Shown here in pieces: positions 16,543 through 25,544 of a stretch of 33,310 bases of DNA. The stretch lies in assembly GCA_046759765.1 (NCBI GenBank), contig JBHICV010000009.1, positions 1 to 33,310 on the forward strand. The letters run 5' to 3'. Within the stretch, counting starts at the first letter, position 1. Each line of letters opens with the position of its first letter. The DNA comes from Acidimicrobiia bacterium. GTDB taxonomy: Bacteria > Actinomycetota > Acidimicrobiia > Spongiisociales > CAZKJJ01. Made by a program: the position numbers and the translations under genes. A model generated the notes under the pieces. That model had not been told where the DNA came from. It did not search any database and saw only the letters and a list, made by a program, of their open reading frames with translations.

Positions 16543-17574
16543 TCAGTCCGGGAAAGCCTCGACGGCGAGGATGCGGGGCAAGACGTACGGCAGGTTGTTC
16601 CAGCTCTCGCCGGCGTCCGCGGTGTAGTGGAGTGTCCCCGAGGTAGTGCCAAAGAAGACGCCGCCATCCCCATCCGCCGAGATAGCTCCCCGCAGCACGC
16701 CGGTGTACCGGATGTCCTCCGGCAGTCCCTGGTCGCTCGTCTGCCACGAGTCGCCGTCGTCTCGGCTCCTGTAGACACGCAACTTTCCGTCCACGGGTAG
16801 CCGGTACTCGTCGCTCTCCATCGGGATGACGAAAAGGCTCCGTGTCGGCTCGTCCAAGGCGAGTGCGAACCCGAATCCGGCCGGAAGGCCTTCCTCGATC
16901 CGCTCCCATGTGTCACCGCTGTCCTCCGTGCGGAACACTCCCTGATGGTCCTGCCGCCAGATCCGATCGGCGTTGTCCGGATCGGCAACCAGCGCGTGAA
17001 CACAGAAGCCGATATCTCCGAACTCCTCGTTGTCTTGCGTCTTCGGCACTCCCTCGTTCCTGGGTACCCAGCTGGCCGCACCGTCGTCGGATCGGAAGAC
17101 GCCTACGGCCGAGATTCCGCACCAAAGCCGTCCCGAGGATGGGTCCGTGATGATGGCGTGGGCGCACAGCCCTCCGGCACCCGGAGACCAGCCAGGTCTG
17201 GTCTCGTGTTCGTTCAGCCCTTCGATCGGCGTCCAGGTTTCGCCATCGGGCGACGAGAAGAGGCCCGCTTCGTCGACTCCGGCATAAAGCGTGCCGTCTT
17301 GGATGATCCGCCAAATCTGGGTCAGCTTGCGATCCTGCGACTCGGTGTATGAAGGCCCTTCGACGATCTGGGCCCAGTCCACAAAGTCCTTGCTCCTGTG
17401 AATCGCCGCTCCGTACCAACTGCTGGCGGTGGCAGTCAGATAGCTCTCGTCCAACGCCTGCCCGAACGCCGACACGATCCACCCTTTGAATATAGGGCCC
17501 TCGAAGGCCCAGGTCTGGCGGTCATCGGAGGAGAGAACGAAGGCTCCCTTCATAGTGCCGACAGCCAACCTCAC
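16543..17574 (-). CDS. BNR/Asp-box repeat beta-propeller (sialidase-like) protein
   Basis: Repeated Asp-box-like motifs (SPDGETW, SDDGAASW, EDSGDTW, RDDGDSW, ADAGESW); SD AAGGAGG upstream. Confidence 0.85.
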   Translation of the reverse strand: MRLAVGTMKGAFVLSSDDRQTWAFEGPIFKGWIVSAFGQALDESYLTATASSWYGAAIHRSKDFVDWAQIVEGPSYTESQDRKLTQIWRIIQDGTLYAGVDEAGLFSSPDGETWTPIEGLNEHETRPGWSPGAGGLCAHAIITDPSSGRLWCGISAVGVFRSDDGAASWVPRNEGVPKTQDNEEFGDIGFCVHALVADPDNADRIWRQDHQGVFRTEDSGDTWERIEEGLPAGFGFALALDEPTRSLFVIPMESDEYRLPVDGKLRVYRSRDDGDSWQTSDQGLPEDIRYTGVLRGAISADGDGGVFFGTTSGTLHYTADAGESWNNLPYVLPRILAVEAFPD

Positions 17575-17632
17575 CCTTCTACCTCCTTACGGTCTCGCCC
17601 GGGCGCTACGTCAGCAACGGTACATTCCACCT

Positions 17633-19375
17633 GTGTCCGTCTCCAATGCCGAAGTAGGCGCGCTGTTTCACGATCTCGCCCTCCTCACGCGCCTCGAGGA
17701 CGGCAACCCGCAGTCGTTCCGTGCCAGAGCCTATGACGCCGCGGCCCGCACAATCGAAGCTCTGCCTGCTCCTGCCGTCGAAATGTCAAAGAACGAATTG
17801 GTCGCACAGAAGGGAATCGGGGCCAGCACGGCCGAGAAAATAGGTGAATTCCGAGACACGGGCTCGATCGCCAAGCTCGAGGAGCTCCGCCAGCGTTATC
17901 CACCCGAGTTCCTTGAGATCGTGCGAATCCCAGGGATCGGTCCCAAGACGGGAGCCCTGTTGAGGGAAGAACTCGGCGTCGAGACCGTCGAGGATCTACG
18001 CGCCGCGGTCGAGAGGCAAGCGGTGCGCGAGCTTCCCGGACTGGGCGCCAAGACCGAGGAGAAGCTGGCCGTCGCCCTCGAGCGTCTGGGGATGACAGGC
18101 AAAGAGCGACGGACGCCCATCATCGACGGGATGCTGTTGGCGACAAGGTTGGTGGTTGAACTCGAAAGCCGCGATTTCGTTCAACGAGCCATCGCCTGCG
18201 GGAGCCTCCGCCGCATGCGCGAGACGATTGCCGATCTCGACATTGTTGTTTCGTCTCAGGAACCCCAACGGGTGATGGACGACTTCATCGAGCTTCCTTC
18301 AGTGAAGGAGGTGATCGCCCACGGCGAGACCAAGACATCCGTACTGACCCAGCAAGGTCTCCAGGTCGATGTGCGTGTGGTCGAGCCCGAGCAGCTCGGA
18401 GCGGCCCTCGTCTACTTCACGGGCTCACGCGACCACAACATCCGGCTCCGCCAGATCGCCCAGCAGAACGACTGGCTGCTCAATGAGTACGGGCTGTTGG
18501 AGGCCGAAGGGGACCGGGTGATTGCCTCGGAGACCGAGGAGGACATCTACTCCGCTCTGAGACTGCCCTGGATACCACCGCCAATGCGAGAGGACTCGGG
18601 TGAGATCGAGGCTGCGATCGCCGGCACTCTCGTCGAGGTTCCGTACGTCGAGGACATCCGAGGCGACCTGCATGTGCACTCGTCGCTTTCGAGAGACGCG
18701 GACGACACCCTCGAAGAGATGGTGGCGGCCGCCTCTGAACGTGGGCTCAGCTATATGGCGATCACTGACCACGGGGAGGATCTGGCGATCAACGGCGTCA
18801 GCCGGGAGGAGATGATCGAAGAGCGCGAGAGGATCCACCGGCTTCAGGAGGACTATCCGGATCTCGTGCTGCTGCATGGCTGTGAGCTGAACATCGGGCC
18901 GGACGGATCCCTGGATTACGACCAAGAATTCTTGCTGGGCTTCGACTACTGCGTCGCGAGCGTGCACTCGCAATTCGACTTGGACGTGACTCAGCAGACG
19001 GTCCGGATCCTCACCGCCATGCAAAATCCCGCGGTCAACGTCATCGGCCACCTCCAGGGCCGGAGAATCGGCAAGCGGCCGGGCATCGAGCTGGATATAG
19101 ATGCCGTCTTCGAAGGAGCCGAGCTGACGGGAACCGCCATCGAGATCAACTCTCACTTGGATCGGCTGGATGCCTCGCCGGAGGTTCTGCGCCAGGCCGC
19201 CGACAGAGACATCAACTTTGTCATCGACACCGACTCCCATCGCATCCGGGAGCTAGCCCACATCCGCTGGGGCGTTCTGATCGCACAGCGGGGATGGGTC
19301 GCCAAGGAGAAGGTGGCCAACACGTGGGAGACCGAGAGGTTCCTGCGCTGGGTGGCAGAGAAACGGGGGAGCTGA
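17633..19375 (+). CDS. polX: DNA polymerase X with PHP (3'-5' exonuclease) domain
   Basis: FRARAY, HhH motifs GIGPKT/GLGAKT, GSLRR..TIADLD, VDVR, YFTGS, LNEYG; PHP motifs DLHVHS, TDH, GCE, SVH, IGH, DTDSH. Start GTG 6 nt after TACATT. Confidence 0.95.
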   Translation: MSVSNAEVGALFHDLALLTRLEDGNPQSFRARAYDAAARTIEALPAPAVEMSKNELVAQKGIGASTAEKIGEFRDTGSIAKLEELRQRYPPEFLEIVRIPGIGPKTGALLREELGVETVEDLRAAVERQAVRELPGLGAKTEEKLAVALERLGMTGKERRTPIIDGMLLATRLVVELESRDFVQRAIACGSLRRMRETIADLDIVVSSQEPQRVMDDFIELPSVKEVIAHGETKTSVLTQQGLQVDVRVVEPEQLGAALVYFTGSRDHNIRLRQIAQQNDWLLNEYGLLEAEGDRVIASETEEDIYSALRLPWIPPPMREDSGEIEAAIAGTLVEVPYVEDIRGDLHVHSSLSRDADDTLEEMVAAASERGLSYMAITDHGEDLAINGVSREEMIEERERIHRLQEDYPDLVLLHGCELNIGPDGSLDYDQEFLLGFDYCVASVHSQFDLDVTQQTVRILTAMQNPAVNVIGHLQGRRIGKRPGIELDIDAVFEGAELTGTAIEINSHLDRLDASPEVLRQAADRDINFVIDTDSHRIRELAHIRWGVLIAQRGWVAKEKVANTWETERFLRWVAEKRGS

Positions 19376-19378
19376 AGG

Positions 19379-19427
19379 GTTTTGGTGACGCCTATACACG
19401 GTATAGGTGAGTTAGCGTCACCAAAAC
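19379..19427. repeat. 49-bp REP-like palindrome, family A, between convergent polX and lysE-family genes
   Basis: GTTTTGGTGACG-CCTATACACGGTATAGGTGAGTTAG-CGTCACCAAAAC with perfect 12-bp outer arms. Confidence 0.9.
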
Positions 19428-19431
19428 GGTC

Positions 19432-20043
19432 TCAGAAGACGTCGAGAACGAACCTCATTCCCAGAAGGAGCACGATGAGGCTTCCGACGAGCCTGGTCAG
19501 CACGCGACCGCCGGCCGGAAGGTAGTGGTTGGTTGAGCCCGAGTATGCCGCCAGCACCGCATTCCAGACCAGGGCCGCCGCGATGATCCCAAACAGGTAT
19601 GAGATCTTGTCTCCGCCTGAGGTGATCAGCTCTCCGGCCCGGCCCAAGATGGCGGCAGAGAAGTAGACGAGCGGCCCGGCCTGTGACAGCGCGACGCCGA
19701 CGAACACGAAATAGGTGCCGATGATGGAGCGATCCTCAGGCCTCTCCTCGGGTTCGGTCCGGGTCCGAAATCGGTAAAGGCCCACCAGCCCATAGGTGAC
19801 GAGGATGAGGCCGCCGATCAGCAGCAGCAGATCAGAGTTATCCACGACGAAAGAGCTGGCCACGCTGGCAATAACCGCCGGAACAATGGCGTAGATCAGA
19901 TACGAGGTAGAAACGCCCGTCCCGGCGGCCATCGCGGGCGTGAAACCCCTGCGCACGCCGAGATCCATGACGAGCAGAGACAGGACCCCGACGGGTACGG
20001 CTATCCCCAGCCCGACGAAAATCCCCTCGAGGAAAGGCTCCAT
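19432..20043 (-). CDS. LysE family translocator
   Basis: GLGIAVPVGVLSLLV..GVRRGF motif; about 6 TM helices; 203 aa. Confidence 0.85.
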   Translation of the reverse strand: MEPFLEGIFVGLGIAVPVGVLSLLVMDLGVRRGFTPAMAAGTGVSTSYLIYAIVPAVIASVASSFVVDNSDLLLLIGGLILVTYGLVGLYRFRTRTEPEERPEDRSIIGTYFVFVGVALSQAGPLVYFSAAILGRAGELITSGGDKISYLFGIIAAALVWNAVLAAYSGSTNHYLPAGGRVLTRLVGSLIVLLLGMRFVLDVF

Positions 20044-20152
20044 CCCGGCTCCGGGTCGACCCGGGAGCAGGCTACGGCCTAGGTGGCATTAACTCCAGGC
20101 TTTGCTGCTTAGCCCAGTAGCTGTGGGAGCCGGGGCATGTATCGTCGCGAGG

Positions 20153-20851
20153 GTGCCGGAGTGGCCGTCAATTCCATTCGATCGTGTCCCAGCCCTTACC
20201 GCCGACCAGATGCGGGAGGTCGATCGGGTGATGATCGAGGATCTTCGGATCGAGTTGCCGCAGATGATGGAGAACGCGGGTAGAAGCCTCGCCGAGCTGG
20301 CAGTCGGCCTTTATCGACCCACGGCTGTGACGGTGCTGGCCGGGACCGGTGGCAACGGCGGCGGGGGCCTGGTCGCCGCCCGTCATCTGATCAATCGAGG
20401 GGTGTCGACAACAGTGGTCTTGTCCCGGAGCGAACTAGACGGTACCCCCGGGCACCAGTTGGCGATTCTGAAGAGGATGGGAGTCTCGGTTGCCGAGCAA
20501 CCCTCTAACGGATCACTGATCATCGATGCGCTGATCGGTTACAGCCTCAGAGGAGACCCTCGGGGGAGGACGGCCGAGCTGATCGAGTGGGCTAACTCTT
20601 CAGTGTCGAAGGTGCTTTCACTCGACACTCCCAGCGGGCTCGACGTGACAACGGGCGAGGCAGCCACCCCCAGCGTCCAAGCCGACGCGACGCTGACCCT
20701 GGCTCTACCGAAGGTGGGATTGCGCGCAGCACCTCAGGTCGGTCGACTGTTTCTGGCCGACATATCTGTACCGCCTGAGGTCTATGGAGCGTTCGGGATG
20801 CACCCGGGCGGAATCTTCGCAGAATCCCAGATCGTCGAGCTACTGCGCTAG
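20153..20851 (+). CDS. nnrE: NAD(P)H-hydrate epimerase (stand-alone YjeF_N)
   Basis: MREVD, MMENAG, GTGGNGGGGLVAARHL, IIDALIGYS, LDTPSG, ATLTLALPK; start GTG 7 nt after TATCGT. Confidence 0.9.
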   Translation: MPEWPSIPFDRVPALTADQMREVDRVMIEDLRIELPQMMENAGRSLAELAVGLYRPTAVTVLAGTGGNGGGGLVAARHLINRGVSTTVVLSRSELDGTPGHQLAILKRMGVSVAEQPSNGSLIIDALIGYSLRGDPRGRTAELIEWANSSVSKVLSLDTPSGLDVTTGEAATPSVQADATLTLALPKVGLRAAPQVGRLFLADISVPPEVYGAFGMHPGGIFAESQIVELLR

Positions 20852-20932
20852 GCGGTGTGGCCTGTGGGCCCGCAACGATGGCCAACCGCCTTTACTGTGC
20901 GCGAGAGTGGTGGGTAAGGCCGGGAGGTGAGC

Positions 20933-20980
20933 ATGGACGTACTCGTTGCCGCTGCCTCGAAGCATGGTGCGAATCGGTAA
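20933..20980 (+). pseudogene. 15-codon remnant resembling a flavodoxin N-terminus (MDVLVAAASKHGANR*)
   Basis: GGGAGGTG SD at 20922-20929; peptide matches the beta1/P-loop pattern MxVLVAyaSkHGxT, then stops. Confidence 0.45.
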
Positions 20981-21011
20981 AACGGCTTGTGACACATAGT
21001 CTCTGACCAGT

Positions 21012-21668
21012 ATGCGAGTGATCGTCGCTGACTGCACCGTCGACTACTCCGGTCGGCTTGATACACACTTGCCCGAAGCCACCCGGCTCATCCTGGTCAA
21101 GGCTGACGGGACGGTTGTCATCCACTCGGACCAAGGCGCTTCTTCGCTGAATTGGATGAGCGCGCCGAACCACCTGGTCGAGCAGGACAACCGGTGGGTG
21201 GTTACGAACTCCAAGGGGGAACAGCTGGTTATCGACTTCCTCGACGTTCACCTGGATACGGTGACTGCGATGGGGGAGGAGCCGGGGTTGGAGAAGGATG
21301 GTGTCGAGTCGGAGCTGCAGCAGCTGCTTGCCGTGCGCCCCGGCATGATCGAAGACGGACTCACTCTCATCCGTCGTGAGTTTCCAACCGCTATCGGCCC
21401 GGTGGATCTGCTCTGTCGGGACAACTCCGGTACGACCGTGGCGGTGGAGATAAAGAGACGCGGTGAAATAGACGCCGTTGAGCAGCTGGGTAGGTACGTT
21501 GCGTTCCTGAATCGGGATGATCGTCTCTCACCAGTGAGGGGTCTGCTCGTCGCTCAGCAGGTGAGACCTCAGGCGAGAACACTGGCCGAGGATCGCAATC
21601 TCGGATGGGTCGAAGTGGACTACGACGAATTGCGAGAGGCAGAGTCGACGGCGCTGAAGCTGTTCTGA
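21012..21668 (+). CDS. nucS: Mismatch-specific endonuclease NucS/EndoMS
   Basis: [72 protein letters not shown]. Confidence 0.96.
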   Translation: MRVIVADCTVDYSGRLDTHLPEATRLILVKADGTVVIHSDQGASSLNWMSAPNHLVEQDNRWVVTNSKGEQLVIDFLDVHLDTVTAMGEEPGLEKDGVESELQQLLAVRPGMIEDGLTLIRREFPTAIGPVDLLCRDNSGTTVAVEIKRRGEIDAVEQLGRYVAFLNRDDRLSPVRGLLVAQQVRPQARTLAEDRNLGWVEVDYDELREAESTALKLF

Positions 21669-21938
21669 AGCGCGGGCCGGAGAGCCTCAGGGCCGGGCTC
21701 TGCGACTAAATCAGGCTCCGTTACGGGCGACCGGCCTGTCCGCGGTCGCGACATGGGATTCGCACGGGGCATCCCTCAGCCCCGAATGCTCATCGACTAG
21801 ACGACGCCGGCTCTGACGAGGCTGCCTAAGGACGATCCAGTCGTGCCGGCGCCGTCTGGAAGTAGCCAGCCGGTCGGGCCGCACGGAACAGTCGGGGTGA
21901 GAACCGTGTTCTGCTTAGTGCCGACAACCAAGAAGAAA

Positions 21939-22262
21939 ATGAGCGGACTCCGACTCAGCAGAGGCCTCCTCCTGGCCGCGGTAGCGGTCACGCTCATCGC
22001 AGCCATCGACTCCGCGTTGAGCGGCAACTGGGACGTCGTGGCCGTGCTCGGTCTCGCCCTGATCCTCCAAGTCACCGTGCTCGCACGTCTTTCGGAGAGG
22101 AGACCCGCAATCGCCCTGCGGGCGGACCTCGTTCGCTGGATCGAGAGCAGGGCAGGTGTGACGGGCGAACCCATGGACCAGATCGCCGACCGGGCGGTGG
22201 CGGTCTACCGCGCCGGGCTCTTATCAGTCGAGGAGCCGGACACCGAAGGCCGGCAACCTTGA
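21939..22262 (+). CDS. Hypothetical protein: two TM helices plus a ribbon-helix-helix-like C-terminus
   Basis: Two hydrophobic segments, then PAIALRADLVRWIESRAGVTGEPMDQIADRAVAVY; stop overlaps the next start (TTGA). Confidence 0.65.
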   Translation: MSGLRLSRGLLLAAVAVTLIAAIDSALSGNWDVVAVLGLALILQVTVLARLSERRPAIALRADLVRWIESRAGVTGEPMDQIADRAVAVYRAGLLSVEEPDTEGRQP

Positions 22263-24874
22263 CATCGCCGCGGGTCGTCGTTCTCGAGGGAACCGGACTC
22301 GACGATGCGCTGGTCGGCGGGAAGGCAGCCTCCCTGGATCGACTGATCGGAATCGGCATGCCGGTGCCCCTAACGGGTGCCGTTACGACGGCCGGGTACC
22401 GGGCATTTGTCGCCGAATCCGGATTAGGCCGTTTCCTTGAGGATCTGCGTTCCGCGCCGCTGCCCGATCCGGACCAGTACCAGGCCTTCGCTGATCGCGC
22501 CGATGAGGCGTTCCTCGAGGCGCCGATGCCATCATCATTGAGAGACGAGATCCGCAGATTGGCCGACCAAGTAGGCGATTCCGGTCGGCTCGCGGTCCGC
22601 TCCTCTGCAACGGCCGAGGACACGGCCTCGGCGTCGTTCGCCGGTCAGTACCGATCATTCCTCGAAATCGACAGTGAGGATCAAGCGTTGGAGGCCGTAA
22701 GGCAGGTCTGGGCTTCGCTATGGCTGCCAGGCCCCCGGTCCTACCGCCGCTTCCGCCGCATCGACGAAACAGACCTGGCCATGGCCGTGGTGATCATGCG
22801 ACTGGTGGAAGCGGAGCTCGCCGGTGTGATCTTCACCGTAGATCCGGGTGGCGAGAACGGTGCAGTGCGACTCGAGTCGGTTGAAGGTCTGGCCGAGCAG
22901 CTGGTCTCCGGCGAGGTGACCCCCCAGGCCTACGTAGTTCCTCGTATGGGTCCGCGGGTCGAGCTCGAAGATGCCCATCCCGTGTACGAGCAGGTCGTCG
23001 ACCTGGCTTTACTGGTCGAAAACAAGTTCGATCACCCCCAGGACATCGAGTGGGCCTACGACGGCAACGAGCTCTACCTGGTTCAAGCCCGACCCATCAC
23101 CACCGCCCCAGCTGAAGTGGGCAGTGACGATGGATTCGACACCGACCCGATGCAAGCGTGCACATACACGACCGCGGGCATCGCCGAAATGGTTCCCGGG
23201 CAGTTGCCGCCGCTGTTGTGGACCATCAACGGAACTCTGCTCGAAGAAGCCTTCCGTCGGCTGTTCGATGGACTCGGGGCCCTCCCCGACCAACTGGTCG
23301 ACGCCCAGGGAATGATCGCCCGATTCCGAGGGCGAGCGGCGTTGAACCTCGATCTCCTCAAGGTGGCTGCGGCGCAGCTTCCGGGGGGCTCGAGTGAGGA
23401 GCTGGAACGTCAGTACTTCGGCCGGGTCATCTCCGACCCCGCTACGAACGTCGTCGAAGGACGGTCGAGCGGATTCGCCGGCGGAATCCGATCGATGCTG
23501 CAGGGAGCGAGGGAGATCCGTGCTCGGAGCCGGTTTGCTCGTGAGGCGGAGATAGCTATCGCCGCCGTGGACCACGTTGTAGCCACGCGCGTGGACCCCG
23601 GAGCGATGTCCGACGAAGAGCTAATCTCTTATCGTCATCGCCTCCTGAATCTCGGTGGCCGGACCATCGCCGCAGAGGTTGCCGTGGCCGCCGCCGCCGC
23701 TGCCGCCTATAGAGGAATTGAGCTGTTCCTGGAGAACCGGGTCCCGGGCGATGAGATCGGCCTCTGGGCTCAGCGTCTCACCACGGGTGGGATCGATGCG
23801 TGCGGAGGGAGGCTCGTCCTGGGTGTGTGCGATGTGGTTGCATCCGCGCTCAGCGACACAACCCTCTCGGTCATCCTCCTGGCAGAAGCCACTCCCGCCG
23901 AGATCCGTCGGCGTCTGTCACAGACCGAAGAGGGAAGAGAGTTCGTGAATCACTTCGACGGGCTCCTGCGCCTCGCCGGATCGGCGGCCGTGTTCGGAGG
24001 ACCGATGTGGGGGGAGAGTGAGACACTCGCTTGGCAGGTGATGCGTCAGGCCATCGAGGTCGGCAAGGAGGGAACGCCCGCAACCGCGACGTCGGCTGAT
24101 CGCGCCGCCGCCCTCGGCGAGCTCGAGGAGACGCTCACTCGAAACTGGCGCTGGCGTACGACACGGGTTTTCACAGGACAAATCGTCGACGTCCGCAAGC
24201 GAATGCTGCGACGGATGGTCGCCGATGCGGTCCAATTCCTCGACCGTCGTGAGCGGGCCAAATCGGCTGTGCTTCGCTTGGGCGGCGAGGTCCGACGAGT
24301 CCACCTCGAGGCTGGGCGTCGGTTAGTGGATCGGGGCGCGCTGGATGCTGCCGAAGATCTGGCTTTTCTTGCCTCCTCTGAACTAGATGAGGCACTCGCG
24401 GGCTCTTGGCCTCCCAATGAGATGATCTCTCGGCGCCGGCGCCAGTTCTCACAAGCCGAGGCCGAAGGCGAACTGCCGACCATCTTTGTGGAACGTCCAT
24501 CGTTGGTTCAACGGAGCCAAGCGACAGGTGACTCCTTCCAGGGGTGGGCCGGCAGCCCCGGATTGCACCGAGGCCGGGCCATGGTGGTGCGTGATCCAAC
24601 GCAACCTTTGGCTCGTGACGACGTGTTGGTGGCGAGAACCACGGACCCTTCATGGACCCCGCTGTTCCTTACTGCGGGTGCAATCGTGGTCGAGGAGGGC
24701 GGCCCGCTTTCGCACGCCGCCATCGTGGCGCGCGAGCTGGGCCTGCCGGCCGTCCTCAACGTGCCAGGAATCGTGGACCGTCTCGGTGGCGGCGACTACA
24801 TCGTCACCGTCGATGGCACAGCAGGAACCGTGACTATCACCGATAAGGAGAAGGAGGAGGCGGAGGCGGCATGA
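22259..24874 (+). CDS. PEP/pyruvate-binding (ATP-grasp) plus C-terminal His-swivel dikinase, rifampin phosphotransferase-like architecture
   Basis: VGGKAASL, AVRSSATAED..ASFAGQY, VSGEVTP, PQDIEWA, QARPIT; C-terminal TDPSWTPLF...GGPLSHAAIVARELG. Confidence 0.88.
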   Translation: MTSPRVVVLEGTGLDDALVGGKAASLDRLIGIGMPVPLTGAVTTAGYRAFVAESGLGRFLEDLRSAPLPDPDQYQAFADRADEAFLEAPMPSSLRDEIRRLADQVGDSGRLAVRSSATAEDTASASFAGQYRSFLEIDSEDQALEAVRQVWASLWLPGPRSYRRFRRIDETDLAMAVVIMRLVEAELAGVIFTVDPGGENGAVRLESVEGLAEQLVSGEVTPQAYVVPRMGPRVELEDAHPVYEQVVDLALLVENKFDHPQDIEWAYDGNELYLVQARPITTAPAEVGSDDGFDTDPMQACTYTTAGIAEMVPGQLPPLLWTINGTLLEEAFRRLFDGLGALPDQLVDAQGMIARFRGRAALNLDLLKVAAAQLPGGSSEELERQYFGRVISDPATNVVEGRSSGFAGGIRSMLQGAREIRARSRFAREAEIAIAAVDHVVATRVDPGAMSDEELISYRHRLLNLGGRTIAAEVAVAAAAAAAYRGIELFLENRVPGDEIGLWAQRLTTGGIDACGGRLVLGVCDVVASALSDTTLSVILLAEATPAEIRRRLSQTEEGREFVNHFDGLLRLAGSAAVFGGPMWGESETLAWQVMRQAIEVGKEGTPATATSADRAAALGELEETLTRNWRWRTTRVFTGQIVDVRKRMLRRMVADAVQFLDRRERAKSAVLRLGGEVRRVHLEAGRRLVDRGALDAAEDLAFLASSELDEALAGSWPPNEMISRRRRQFSQAEAEGELPTIFVERPSLVQRSQATGDSFQGWAGSPGLHRGRAMVVRDPTQPLARDDVLVARTTDPSWTPLFLTAGAIVVEEGGPLSHAAIVARELGLPAVLNVPGIVDRLGGGDYIVTVDGTAGTVTITDKEKEEAEAA

Positions 24875-25521
24875 TTCCGGCCAGGCGCCACTGGGCCCTC
24901 GAGGACCTCGAAGAAGACCGCCTTCATGTCTTCGTCCCCGGCGCGATGGGCACCGGTCTACTCCTCTCCCTTGGCCTGCTTCTGTCGGATGTGTACCGTC
25001 GCGCCGGTGGCCAGCAGTTGGCGGAGCGGCGAGTCGAGCTGACGGCCAGAGCTGCCGGGACCGATGTCGTGGGTGGCCCGGGGACGAGCCTCGCCGAGCC
25101 CGGCGGGATGCGGAGAAGCTGGATCTATGTGGTGGTGACGTTCGCCGCCCTGGGATTGGTGGCGTGGCTGATTCCGGGCGCTACTTGGAACTACTTCAAC
25201 CCCGGCGGTTACATCGAAGGAAAGGCTTGGATATGGGCGATCAGCGTTCTAGCCATCATGTTCTTCGCCTTCGTAGGAATCACGGTGGCGCTCGCCGCCC
25301 CTAGATGGCTCCCATGGGTGGTGGGGACCGTTGGCATTTTGGTGACCACCAGGTTCACGCTGACCGCTTCGACAGATTTGAAAGCGTTGGTCGCCATCGG
25401 ACTGCTGCTCAGCTTCAGTGGGATGGTCTACGCCGCGCACCGATACGTGCGTCGGGTCGACCATCTGCCCGCTCGTGCGTGGCCGTTGTTCGTATCGACC
25501 CCGCTCACCCGTCAGAGCTAA
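24871..25521 (+). CDS. Hypothetical membrane protein (about 5 TM)
   Basis: ATGA overlap with the dikinase stop, GGAGG SD, several hydrophobic helices. Confidence 0.75.
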   Translation: MIPARRHWALEDLEEDRLHVFVPGAMGTGLLLSLGLLLSDVYRRAGGQQLAERRVELTARAAGTDVVGGPGTSLAEPGGMRRSWIYVVVTFAALGLVAWLIPGATWNYFNPGGYIEGKAWIWAISVLAIMFFAFVGITVALAAPRWLPWVVGTVGILVTTRFTLTASTDLKALVAIGLLLSFSGMVYAAHRYVRRVDHLPARAWPLFVSTPLTRQS

Positions 25522-25544
25522 CGGGAAAACAAGAGCGGCTTGTG

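Noticed and set aside
19379..19427. Palindromes as integron attC sites
   Set aside because: attC runs RYYYAAC...GTTRRRY; these run GTT...AAC, flank housekeeping genes in mixed orientation, and no integron integrase is present.
21812..21845. Hammerhead ribozyme (CTGACGA core)
   Set aside because: No GAAA after a plausible stem II and no stem III with a cleavage triplet.
21901..21911. LexA/SOS box GAAC-CGT-GTTC
   Set aside because: Spacer is 3 nt, not the 4 nt of the Gram-positive GAAC-N4-GTTC box.
22259..24874. Calling this gene rph (rifampin resistance) or ppsA
   Set aside because: Only the architecture matches RPH, I see no recognisable rifamycin-associated element upstream, and the domain order excludes PEP synthase.
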